DNA of 64,000 nt from Candidatus Doudnabacteria bacterium (GCA_963840645.1 CAWIZL010000002.1:81663-145662); one strand, 5' to 3'; shown: positions 1-14,948, counted from the stretch's first letter. Numbers and translations are program-made. Notes: generated by a model not told the origin, from the letters alone.

Positions 1-693
1 CAGTCCAGCGCCGAGGTGGGTGACCTGTTCATTCCAAAACGTCTAGAAATGAATGACCGCGGCGGTACCTTTGTGCTGCGTGACGTGCAGTTTGAGCTGC
101 CCATGCCTGGAATGTTCAACGTGTACAACTGCCTGATGGCAGTTGCCACTGCAAGCGAGCTCGGTGTAGATTTGCACATTGCTGCAGCAGCCGTGAAGAA
201 TTTTGCGGGCGTTGAGGGCAGGATGCAAGACGTTCCAAACAGCCGCGGCATTCACGTGTACGTCGACTACGCGCCAGAGCCAGCGCCAATGAGGGCAGCG
301 CTCGAAACTTTGGCGGCCAGTAAAAAGGGCAGGCTCATCCACGTGTTCGGCGCAACAGGTGGCCACCGCGACGTTGCAAAGCGATTTGAGTTCGGGGAAA
401 TTTCCGCGAGCTTTGCTGACGTAATTTTTGTCACCAACGATGACGTGTACGATTCTGATCCGCAGAAAATTGCCGACGACATTTGCACTGGTATTTCTCG
501 CGCCACAGCAAAGCCAGAGGTGCACGTTGTGCTCGACCGCCGCGAGGCAATCCAGAAAGCAATCAGCACGGCACAGCCAGGGGACACGGTGATCATCACG
601 GGCAAGGGCAATGAAAAGTTTTTGGTGCTGCCTGGCAACGAGCGAATTAGCTGGAACGAGCCTGAGTTTGTGGTGGAGGTGCTGGCAAAATGA
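1..693 (+). CDS. murE: Mur ligase family protein (MurE-like), C-terminal part; gene starts upstream of the window
   Basis: ORF 16..693 is open to the window edge. Mur-ligase motifs GMFNVYNCLMAVA, DYAPEP, GATGGHRD, TNDD. TGA stop overlaps the next start (ATGA 690-693). Confidence 0.7.
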   Translation, partial: QSSAEVGDLFIPKRLEMNDRGGTFVLRDVQFELPMPGMFNVYNCLMAVATASELGVDLHIAAAAVKNFAGVEGRMQDVPNSRGIHVYVDYAPEPAPMRAALETLAASKKGRLIHVFGATGGHRDVAKRFEFGEISASFADVIFVTNDDVYDSDPQKIADDICTGISRATAKPEVHVVLDRREAIQKAISTAQPGDTVIITGKGNEKFLVLPGNERISWNEPEFVVEVLAK

Positions 694-1091
694 TTTTGCT
701 CGTAGACACAGCTGAGTTCGAGTCAGTGAGCTTCGCGGCAGCTTTGTCCAGCAAAGTTTTTGAAAAAAAGTACAAGCTTGGGCGGAAGGAGTCGCACAAG
801 ACGCTCGGCTTGCTGGCAAAGTTTTTGAAGTTAGCAAAAGTTTCCCACCCAAAAATCTCTGCACTCTACGTTGTTACAGGCGAAGGTTCTTTCAACGGCA
901 TTCGCACTGGCGTATCAATGTGCATGGCACTCAGCTACGCGTGGGGCATTCCGCTGTACGCCATTGACCGCAAAAATCTCCCCAAAAATTTGCACGACCT
1001 GGCAAAATCAAAAAAGAAAAAGGTTTCCGGTGCAAACGCGCAACTCAACTACGGCCGAGAACCAAACATTACACCTCCCTCTTCCCGTTGA
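690..1091 (+). CDS. tsaB: TsaB/YeaZ-like tRNA t6A biosynthesis protein (short form)
   Basis: 133-aa ORF with a YeaZ-type GEGSFNGIRTGV...WGIPLY segment. tsaD is present at 17537..18535. Confidence 0.55.
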   Translation: MILLVDTAEFESVSFAAALSSKVFEKKYKLGRKESHKTLGLLAKFLKLAKVSHPKISALYVVTGEGSFNGIRTGVSMCMALSYAWGIPLYAIDRKNLPKNLHDLAKSKKKKVSGANAQLNYGREPNITPPSSR

Positions 1092-1812
1092 ACATCCACA
1101 CGTTCACGCACAGGAGCACGACCATCCACACGGCGAGGCCGACGATGTCGTCAGCAGATGCTCCAATGCGCACCGATGTAAAGTTTTCACGCAGGCCAAC
1201 AGCCAGGTACGTTATTGGCAAGAACTCAGAAAATTTTTGTAGAAATTCAGGGAATACAGCTGCGGGGACGAACACATTGCCGAGCAACGTGAATGCCAAG
1301 TTCACGGTTGCCGTAATTGGCGATGCCTCTTCGTAGTTTCGCGCAAAGTTTGAAATGAGGAAGCCGACGTTCAAGAACACAATGCCACCCAGCAGGCTGA
1401 CGAGCGCAATGTTCAGGTAGTTGCCCTGTGCAACAGCGCCAAAGTAGTGAATGCCAATGAACACGAGAATCACCACCTGCACCAGCATGAGCAGCAGGCG
1501 CGTGGTGACGAGCGACCCAATGAGCTCCCACGTGGAAAGCGGCGTGACCATGAAGCGCTTGATCACCCCGCGCTCGCGCATGTCAATGAGCCAGTACGCC
1601 AAGGTGAAAATGCCTGTCTGCATGATTGTCATTGCAATGATGCCTGGGAGCAGGTAGGTTGAGTAGTCTATGGCAATGCCGCCAAAGCTCTTGAGGTGCA
1701 GCAGCCCCACGAAAATGTAAATGCCAATTGGCAGCAGAATGCTGTAGAACAGCGCGCGCCAGTTGCGGTACAGAATTTTTAGGTTTGCGTTGAAGAGTGC
1801 GAAAAAAGACAT
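1069..1812 (-). CDS. ABC-2 type transporter permease
   Basis: 247-aa ORF with multiple hydrophobic segments, immediately downstream of an ABC ATPase gene. Confidence 0.75.
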   Translation of the reverse strand: MSFFALFNANLKILYRNWRALFYSILLPIGIYIFVGLLHLKSFGGIAIDYSTYLLPGIIAMTIMQTGIFTLAYWLIDMRERGVIKRFMVTPLSTWELIGSLVTTRLLLMLVQVVILVFIGIHYFGAVAQGNYLNIALVSLLGGIVFLNVGFLISNFARNYEEASPITATVNLAFTLLGNVFVPAAVFPEFLQKFSEFLPITYLAVGLRENFTSVRIGASADDIVGLAVWMVVLLCVNVWMFNGKREV

Positions 1813-1901
1813 GGTAGTCAGTATAAGTATTTAGTAGATGGATCCGTAAAGCTTTTCATTCTATTGGTGAGCGGGTGTGGTTTAGCTACTGCATACTTAT
1901 A
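1813..1901 (-). repeat. conserved ~90-nt intergenic element, copy 1 (copy 2 at 47061..47167)
   Basis: Fills the stop-to-start gap between two co-directional genes. Shares the colinear core AGCTAAAC..ACCAATAGAATGAAAA..ACGGATCC..CTA..TTATACT.ACTA with copy 2. Confidence 0.6.
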
Positions 1902-2831
1902 CTAACTACTTGTCCCCTGGTATTCCTTCCCAGTTGCCTCTAGGTACACGTCTTCTAGGTTAGCGGTCTTGAGGTTTAAGAACGAGTAGTAAATGCTATT
2001 CTCGCGCAGCACCCTAATGACGCTGCCAGCAACTTCTGGATTTTCAATCTCCATGGTAATTTTTGGGTAGTTCTCGTCTGTCAGGCACGAAATCCCCGGA
2101 ATATTTTTTATCAGCTCAGAAACTCCAGGTTTGTTTACAAAGAACGAAAACTTGTACGTCTGCGAAATTGACTCAACAAGTTCCTTTGGCGTGCCAGTTT
2201 TTACAATGAGACCGCTTTCCATGATTGCAATTCTGTCACACAGGTACTCAGCTTCTTCCATGTAGTGCGTTGTCATTACAATGGTGATACCGCTCTCGTT
2301 GAGCTGTTTGATGAGCTGCCACGCGTCGTGGCGAGCGTGTGGATCAAGGCCAGTTGTCGGTTCATCGAGGAAAATAATTTCAGGGTTGTGCACGAGCGCT
2401 GTTGCAATGGTAAAGCGCTGCTTTTGTCCGCCAGAAAGTTCTTTCACCTGGAAGTTAACTTTGTCTTCAAGGCCAACTCGCGCCAACACCGCTTTTTGGT
2501 CAACGCGCTTTTTGTACAGGCTGGCAAACAGGTTGAGCAGCTCGCCGAGGTTTAGGATTGGCAGGTACTCGCTGGACTGCAGCTGCACGCCAATGTGTTT
2601 TTTAATTTCTTCTGGGTTTTGTAGGTTACCAAAGCCAAGCACTTCCACTGTGCCAGCAGTTTGGTGCTTCAAGCCTTCTATGATTTCGAGTGTTGTAGTT
2701 TTCCCAGCACCATTTGGCCCCAATATGCCAAAAATCTCACCTCGCTCAACGGTGAACGAAATCCCTTTGACTGCCTCAAACTTCTTGTAAGACTTCTTTA
2801 AATTTGCAACCTTGATCACTGCGTCTGGCAT
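1902..2831 (-). CDS. ABC transporter ATP-binding protein
   Basis: Walker A GPNGAGKTT, signature LSGGQKQR, Walker B IIFLDEP. Start placed at MPDAVIKV (the ORF track extends to 2885). Confidence 0.9.
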   Translation of the reverse strand: MPDAVIKVANLKKSYKKFEAVKGISFTVERGEIFGILGPNGAGKTTTLEIIEGLKHQTAGTVEVLGFGNLQNPEEIKKHIGVQLQSSEYLPILNLGELLNLFASLYKKRVDQKAVLARVGLEDKVNFQVKELSGGQKQRFTIATALVHNPEIIFLDEPTTGLDPHARHDAWQLIKQLNESGITIVMTTHYMEEAEYLCDRIAIMESGLIVKTGTPKELVESISQTYKFSFFVNKPGVSELIKNIPGISCLTDENYPKITMEIENPEVAGSVIRVLRENSIYYSFLNLKTANLEDVYLEATGKEYQGTSS

Positions 2832-2867
2832 AAAGGGTATTATATAGAGAAAAGCGGCGCATGACAC

Positions 2868-2896
2868 TTGACAAATAAGATTCATATGTTATATTT
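2868..2896 (+). promoter_or_regulatory. sigma70-type promoter of the DGR-1 target gene
   Basis: TTGACA (2868-2873), 16-17 nt spacer, TATATT/ATATTT (2890-2896). AAGGAG lies just before the ORF. Confidence 0.5.
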
Positions 2897-2957
2897 TAAG
2901 CTAAACCTGAAGATCCACAGGGATTAAATTAAATGGACACTTTACAACTCAAAGGAG

Positions 2958-3597
2958 ATGCAACCAATGGCTAATACCGTTGCGACCATCGTTGAAGGAA
3001 TGTCAGTCGAGCAGGGTGGCAAAATGGCTGACCAGCTGTTGACCTACTGCCGCAAGCACGGCTCAGTTTTGCCGAAGAGTACCGTGCAGGAAGTGTTGAA
3101 GCAGGATGGCGAAGTAGTAGCAAAAGAGCAGTTTGAGGTTCTCAGGAAGTACGTTGAGCGGCGGAGCAAGATCATCGTCCGACGTGTCACCATAAACTGG
3201 GATCTGACGCCCGAGCAGATGATCGCAGCAACAAAGCGGAAACAGTACGTCACCGCCGGGGTGCTCGCAACAATGCCTCGTCAGGGGGCGGGTATCGAGA
3301 AAGATGTCGATATGTACTTTTTTCCCGCTGAACGCCAACTCACCATCGACGAGCAGGAAGCAGAAGCTCGCGGCGTACGGACTGGAGCCGTGCTACTACG
3401 GCCAGATCCAGGCAAACATCGACGACTCCTCTTTCGCCGATGAGCGCTGGAATGGTGCTCAGTGGGACAACAAGGATGGGCAAGCTTCGTTCGTCTCCTT
3501 CTACGGGAACGGTGACGGGCGCAGCGTGAGCTGCAACCGCGACGATCACAGGTGGGTTGCCTACGACTGGTTTGCTGGTCGCCTCGCTCGCAAGTAG
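2958..3597 (+). CDS. DGR-1 variable (target) protein; reading frame interrupted once
   Basis: ORF 2958..3443 (frame 0) and ORF 3304..3597 (frame +1) overlap and together encode one protein. The VR lies at the extreme C-terminus (..FVSFYGNGDGRSVSCNRDDHRWVAYDWFAGRLARK). Confidence 0.8.
3493..3595 (+). repeat. VR1 (variable repeat of DGR-1)
   Basis: Ungapped alignment to 3932..4034 (offset 439). 13 mismatches, 11 at TR adenines. The 3' ~30 nt are identical. Confidence 0.9.
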
Positions 3598-3651
3598 CTT
3601 GGGTGCTTGGCATCTCAGCCATTGGTATTCACTTGAGCCTTGGCTCTTTTT

Positions 3652-3695
3652 AATCCTACGTTCCGATTTATCGGAACGTAGGATTCTCCTTTTTT
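3652..3695 (+). terminator. intrinsic terminator after the DGR-1 target gene
   Basis: Perfect inverted repeat AATCCTACGTTCCGAT/ATCGGAACGTAGGATT followed by CTCCTTTTTT. Confidence 0.7.
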
Positions 3696-3718
3696 AAAAA
3701 CTTTGGTACAATATTTTT

Positions 3719-4072
3719 GGTGAACTGTACCTGCGGCTAAGGCTTCAGGTAGCCACCTCGCACTATTGAGTAACCGGTGTGTTGCTGGCTACGGCTCGCG
3801 ACAGGAGTGTTCCTCAATAGCCTTCCAACGAGGATACTTGGTGCAGGCTTCTGGTGGATTTCAATATCCCAAATAAAATACAGCCCCGAGATTTTTCAAG
3901 GGGCAGTGGCGTGGATGGTAGTCTGCACGATGTCACCTTCAACAGGAACGGTGACGAGCGCAACGTGAACTGCAACCGCAACGACAACAGGTGGAATGCC
4001 AACTACTGGTTTGCTGGTCGCCTCGCTCGCAAGTCTCTTCGTTGCTCTCCCTACAGTGGGAGAGTTTGGTTT
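3719..4072 (+). ncRNA. predicted stand-alone TR1 RNA (leader + TR + 3' hairpin)
   Basis: Extended -10 TGgTACAAT at 3704-3712. Conserved leader blocks CCTGCGG..GGCTTCAGG (3730-3749), GATACTTGGTG (3833-3843), TCAAGGGGCAGTGG (3896-3909). TR at 3932-4034. Hairpin CTCTCCC/GGGAGAG at 4045-4064 followed by TTTGGTTT. Confidence 0.5.
3932..4034 (+). repeat. TR1 (template repeat of DGR-1)
   Basis: AAC-rich (reads ..NRNGDERNVNCNRNDNRWNANYWFAGRLARK in the VR frame). Invariant partner of VR1. Confidence 0.9.
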
Positions 4073-4389
4073 CCAAGCTGCTTTTTCCAGCCGCCAATCA
4101 TTTTGCCGACCTCGGCCAAAGGCTCACCCAAGGCGGCAAAACGTTTGTTATCTAGGATTTTCAATTCCCATGCGAGCTGGACAAAGTACTTCAAGGTATC
4201 AACTTTCAGGCTTGCCTTTTGAATGATAGGAGCTTTTTGTTCTCTGGCCGCGTAAGCTGCCAGTAGAATCAGCTCCATCAGCTCAAGGAACAGCAAGTTG
4301 ATTTTCTCTCCCAGTGAGTAGCGTGTCTGCCGTGGAATATGCGGCGCGTAGCTGTACCAAACTTTGTAGGTATCTGAAATTTTTACCAA
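4051..4389 (-). CDS. avd: Avd-like DGR accessory protein (four-helix-bundle / 23S rRNA intervening-sequence protein family)
   Basis: 112-aa ORF starting at TTG, paralogous to 50638..50976 and 58659..59012. The frame stays open upstream through the C tract. The conserved ATG at 4445 is in frame only if the tract is 11 nt. Confidence 0.8.
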   Translation of the reverse strand: MVKISDTYKVWYSYAPHIPRQTRYSLGEKINLLFLELMELILLAAYAAREQKAPIIQKASLKVDTLKYFVQLAWELKILDNKRFAALGEPLAEVGKMIGGWKKQLGNQTLPL

Positions 4390-4422
4390 GACAGACAGGT
4401 TTGCTGTGGATAAATTAGCGTT

Positions 4423-4432
4423 GGGGGGGGGG
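4423..4432. repeat. G10/C10 homopolymer between the avd and RT starts
   Basis: Counted directly; preceded by TGTGGATAA + 9 nt as in the other two cassettes. Confidence 0.9.
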
Positions 4433-4451
4433 TCTTGTAGGCCATTGTTTT

Positions 4452-5453
4452 ATGAAAGCTACTTTTGATAAAAATTACAGCGAAATAATTTCGGTAGAAA
4501 ATCTACTAGCTGCTTGGCAAGAATTTGTCGTCGGCAAAGCCTCAAAGAGAGACGTGCAGAATTTTAGATTGAACTTGCCTGACAACATTCTACAGCTTCA
4601 CGTCGATCTTGCCAATAAATCCTATAAACATGGTGGGTACACAGCATTTGGGATTTCAGACCCAAAGCCGCGGCGAATTCACAAGGCGAGCGTGCGCGAT
4701 CGTGTGCTGCACCATGCAGTCTACAGGCAGCTCTACCCGTTCTTTGATCGACTTTTCATTGCCCACTCTTTTTCTTGCAGAGACGGCAAGGGAACCCACA
4801 GGGCAATGGATGCTCTCAAATCATTTGCGTACCAGGTGAGCGTGAGCCACACAAAAACTTGCTGGGTGCTCAAGTGCGACATCAAAAAGTTTTTTGCGAG
4901 CATTGACCATGGGGTTTTAATTAAAATTTTAGAAGCTCGGATTGCTGATGAAAATATTTTATGGCTGCTCATGGAAATTATCAGTAGCTTTGAGTCTATA
5001 CCCAGCAAAGGTTTGCCGCTCGGCAACTTAACGTCTCAGCTTTTCTGCAATGTGTACATGAATGAGTTTGATCAGTTTGTGAAACGTGAGCTTCGCAGCC
5101 ATTGGTACATTCGGTACGCCGCCGACTTCGTGTTTCTGTCAGAGAGCAGAAAGCAGCTCGAGGAGAAGATACCGCTAGTATCAAACTTCCTTGGCGAAAA
5201 ACTAAAGCTGTCTTTGCACCCAAACAAGGTATCCATACAGTCGTTTGCTTCCGGCGTAGATTTTTTGGGCTGGATTCACTTCCCAAACTATCGAACTTTG
5301 CGCACAGCAACCAAGAGGCGAATGATCAAACAGGTTAAAACTTCGCCAAAACCCCAGACCCTTCAGTCATACTTGGGTATGCTTCAGCATGGGAATGCTT
5401 ATGATTTAAGCCAAGAAGTACTGGATGAGTTCTTACTGTTAGGAAATAAGTAA
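4452..5453 (+). CDS. DGR reverse transcriptase 1 (motif C reads YAAD instead of YADD)
   Basis: RT motifs VLKCDIKKFFASIDH and the DGR-type LPLGNLTSQLFCNVYMN. Motif C is YIRYAADF (codon 5121-5123 is GCC). Confidence 0.9.
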   Translation: MKATFDKNYSEIISVENLLAAWQEFVVGKASKRDVQNFRLNLPDNILQLHVDLANKSYKHGGYTAFGISDPKPRRIHKASVRDRVLHHAVYRQLYPFFDRLFIAHSFSCRDGKGTHRAMDALKSFAYQVSVSHTKTCWVLKCDIKKFFASIDHGVLIKILEARIADENILWLLMEIISSFESIPSKGLPLGNLTSQLFCNVYMNEFDQFVKRELRSHWYIRYAADFVFLSESRKQLEEKIPLVSNFLGEKLKLSLHPNKVSIQSFASGVDFLGWIHFPNYRTLRTATKRRMIKQVKTSPKPQTLQSYLGMLQHGNAYDLSQEVLDEFLLLGNK

Positions 5454-5603
5454 CAAATAAGAACATTTTTCTTTGATTTAGTCAAATTTTGACTTGACAA
5501 GGTTTGAAATATGCGTATACTCAAATATATGCATCTTTGCTTAATTTCTTAAGGCTAAGAAAAGCGCCCGTTTTCCCGTCGTCGGAAAATGGGGTAGTTT
5601 TTT

Positions 5604-13085
<7,482 letters not shown>

Positions 13086-13100
13086 GGTACAAATTAAAAA

Positions 13101-13185
13101 AGAGACTACTCCCTCGCGCTCGTTTCTCTGGCTTTCGCTCCGCGAAAGAAACGAAACTCGAAGCTCCTGAGTAGTCTCTTTTTTA
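13101..13185 (+). terminator. long intrinsic terminator after rpoC
   Basis: AGAGACTACTC ... GAGTAGTCTCT arms with an inner hairpin, flanked by an A-run and a T-run. Confidence 0.7.
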
Positions 13186-13273
13186 TTTTGCCAACCCATT
13201 CAGCATTTGTACAAAAGTACCAATCGTGCTATAGTGTATGTAAGGTAGCTTCAAAAATAAAAATTGGTAATTT

Positions 13274-14883
13274 ATGAGAAAGATACTTTCGGTTTTGGTA
13301 GGTGCCAGCATCTTGTGCCTATCCTTTTTTTATACCCCAGTAGCCCAGCGTGCGCACGCGAGCACGAGCAGTTTGGTGACGTGCAACTGCCTGACATCTG
13401 ACATGTCAACGTACACTGTTGGGCAGTCGCCAACCTTTACGATTAATGGAGCAACGCCAAACAGTTCAATACTCTGGACTGTCCAGCAGAGCGGCCAAAC
13501 TGCCGCACCTCCAACTTCGCTTGGCCAGCAGACAGACTCAGCTGGCCACTACGTGTGGGTTACGGATACCCCATTTGCCAGTGGAGATGTTGGCACGTGG
13601 GCTGTTTCCATGCAGGCTGGCACGAGCACTGCCTCGGTGGCACTCACGGTTCAAGCTGCCCCACAGTCAGAGTCTCCAGTACCAGATGTCACTGTACCCG
13701 TGACCATCGGCTCTTCTAATTTTTCGGTGAACGCGAACAAGCTGCACTACACAAATGGGGATACGCCAATTTTTACCATCACGGGGGCGCCCGTGAACAG
13801 CCCCATTGAGTACACGTACTTTGAGAATGGCGTGAACACGGTAGGCACACCTGCAAATGCTGGTGCATCAACAGACTCTCACGGGAATTTTACGGGCAGC
13901 ATTGCTGGCTTAACCACCACAGACACTGCATCGTGGGTTGTTGGTTTTGCCATTGGCACAGAGACAGGTGCCATTAGCTTCACGACGGGCAGCAGCTACC
14001 CATTCATGCTCTCGAGCAGTGCTTTGCCGAGCGGCAGTACAGGGCAAACCTACACTGGTTCTGCTGCCTACGTCTACGCTGGCTCAGCGACGAGCGTTGA
14101 CGTTCTGGCTGAGAACCTACCGCCAGGCATTGTTCCGTCTGCACAGTACACCTTGTCTGGAGCGACCGTTACTCAGTACGAGTTCACGGTGCCCGTTGCT
14201 GCTGGTGCGTTCAACGTTGGCTTCACTGGCACGCCAACCCAAGGTGGCACGTTCCCAGTTTTCATTGCACTTGATGGTAGCACCACAGATCCGATAGATC
14301 TTGAAATGGTGAAGCTCACAATTTCAGGAACGAGCGTTGTGCCAACTCTGGCTCATCCACCCCAACGCCGGTGGCAGCGCCAACTCTTACGACGATTCCT
14401 ACCAGCATTCAAGTCCCAGTTTCGAACAGCGGCAGCTTGCTGCAAGTTCCAGGTGGTAGCACTTCCGTCACCAATGGCTCGCAGCCGTACGCACCAGGAA
14501 CTTTGGTGAACTCGAATGGAACAATATTTCTCATCATCGCAGGGTACCAAGTGCCGTTCTTGAACTGGAACGCGTTCGTTGGCTTGGGGTACTCTACCAA
14601 GAACGTGATCAAGGCGAGCCTCACGGGTTCTGGCCTCACGCAGACACCAGGCATTGGGAGCGCTAACGTGCCGCACACGTGGGGCAGTTGGGTGAACTAC
14701 AAAGGAACAATCTACTACAGCAGTGAGCAGGGCATGATCCCAGTGCCTGACATGGCAACGTTCTACGCGAACAACGGCAATTTGCAGTACGTTCTCCCAG
14801 CCAACAAGTACGACATTACCGTGATTGATCAAGCCCCATCCTTGTCACCTTTGATCCCAAATGACTCCCGCGTTCTCTACTAA
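13274..14883 (+). CDS. secreted Thr/Ser/Gly-rich repeat protein (one frame break near 14.37-14.5 kb)
   Basis: Signal-peptide-like N-terminus MRKILSVLVGASILCLSFFYTPVAQRAHA. ORFs 13274..14509 and 14371..14883 overlap. Confidence 0.6.
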
Positions 14884-14888
14884 GTAAG

Positions 14889-14948
14889 GCCCACACAAAA
14901 AAAGAACACCCGAAGAGCTTCGCGTCTCGTTTCTTTTTTTGCGTGGGC
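14889..14948. terminator. long hairpin terminator
   Basis: GCCCACACAAAAAAAGAA ... TTCTTTTTTTGCGTGGGC. Confidence 0.6.

Larger units (their letters stand above)
2868..5453 (+). other. DGR cassette 1: promoter, target gene with VR, TR unit, avd (opposite strand), RT
   Basis: Adenine-biased TR/VR pair, Avd-family gene and DGR-type reverse transcriptase, all contiguous. Confidence 0.9.

Noticed and set aside
43-864. Long antisense or overlapping ORFs inside clear genes (e.g. 43..864 minus strand, 6912..7529 minus, 16700..17293 plus, 11393..12016 minus, 48790..49569 plus).
   Set aside because: They lie opposite or out of frame to well-supported genes (murE, rpoB, valS, rpoC, IS30 transposase). 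They have low-complexity or Arg/Ala-rich products typical of shadow ORFs.
3854-4222. 122-aa ORF from the track covering TR1 (similar ORFs cross TR2 and TR3, e.g. 50060..50509 and 58502..58831).
   Set aside because: The open frame results from the template repeat copying the target's C-terminal coding sequence. There is no RBS, and the region is better explained as a non-coding TR RNA.
4405-4413. TGTGGATAA, the exact complement of the DnaA-box consensus TTATCCACA, occurs in all three avd-RT intergenic regions (also 51004-51012 and 59028-59036).
   Set aside because: It is a single box per locus at a fixed 9-nt distance from the G tract. On the avd strand it encodes the conserved L-S-T residues (tta tcc aca). 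On the RT strand it fits an extended -10 element (TGnATAAAT/ATAAGT). Coding and promoter constraints explain it without invoking DnaA.
4452-5453. Whether the three ~335-aa RTs belong to group II introns or retrons.
   Set aside because: Each sits next to an adenine-biased TR/VR pair and an Avd-family gene and carries the DGR-type LGNLTSQ motif. There is no maturase/endonuclease extension, no intron-like RNA domains flanking the ORF and no msr/msd-like inverted repeats.
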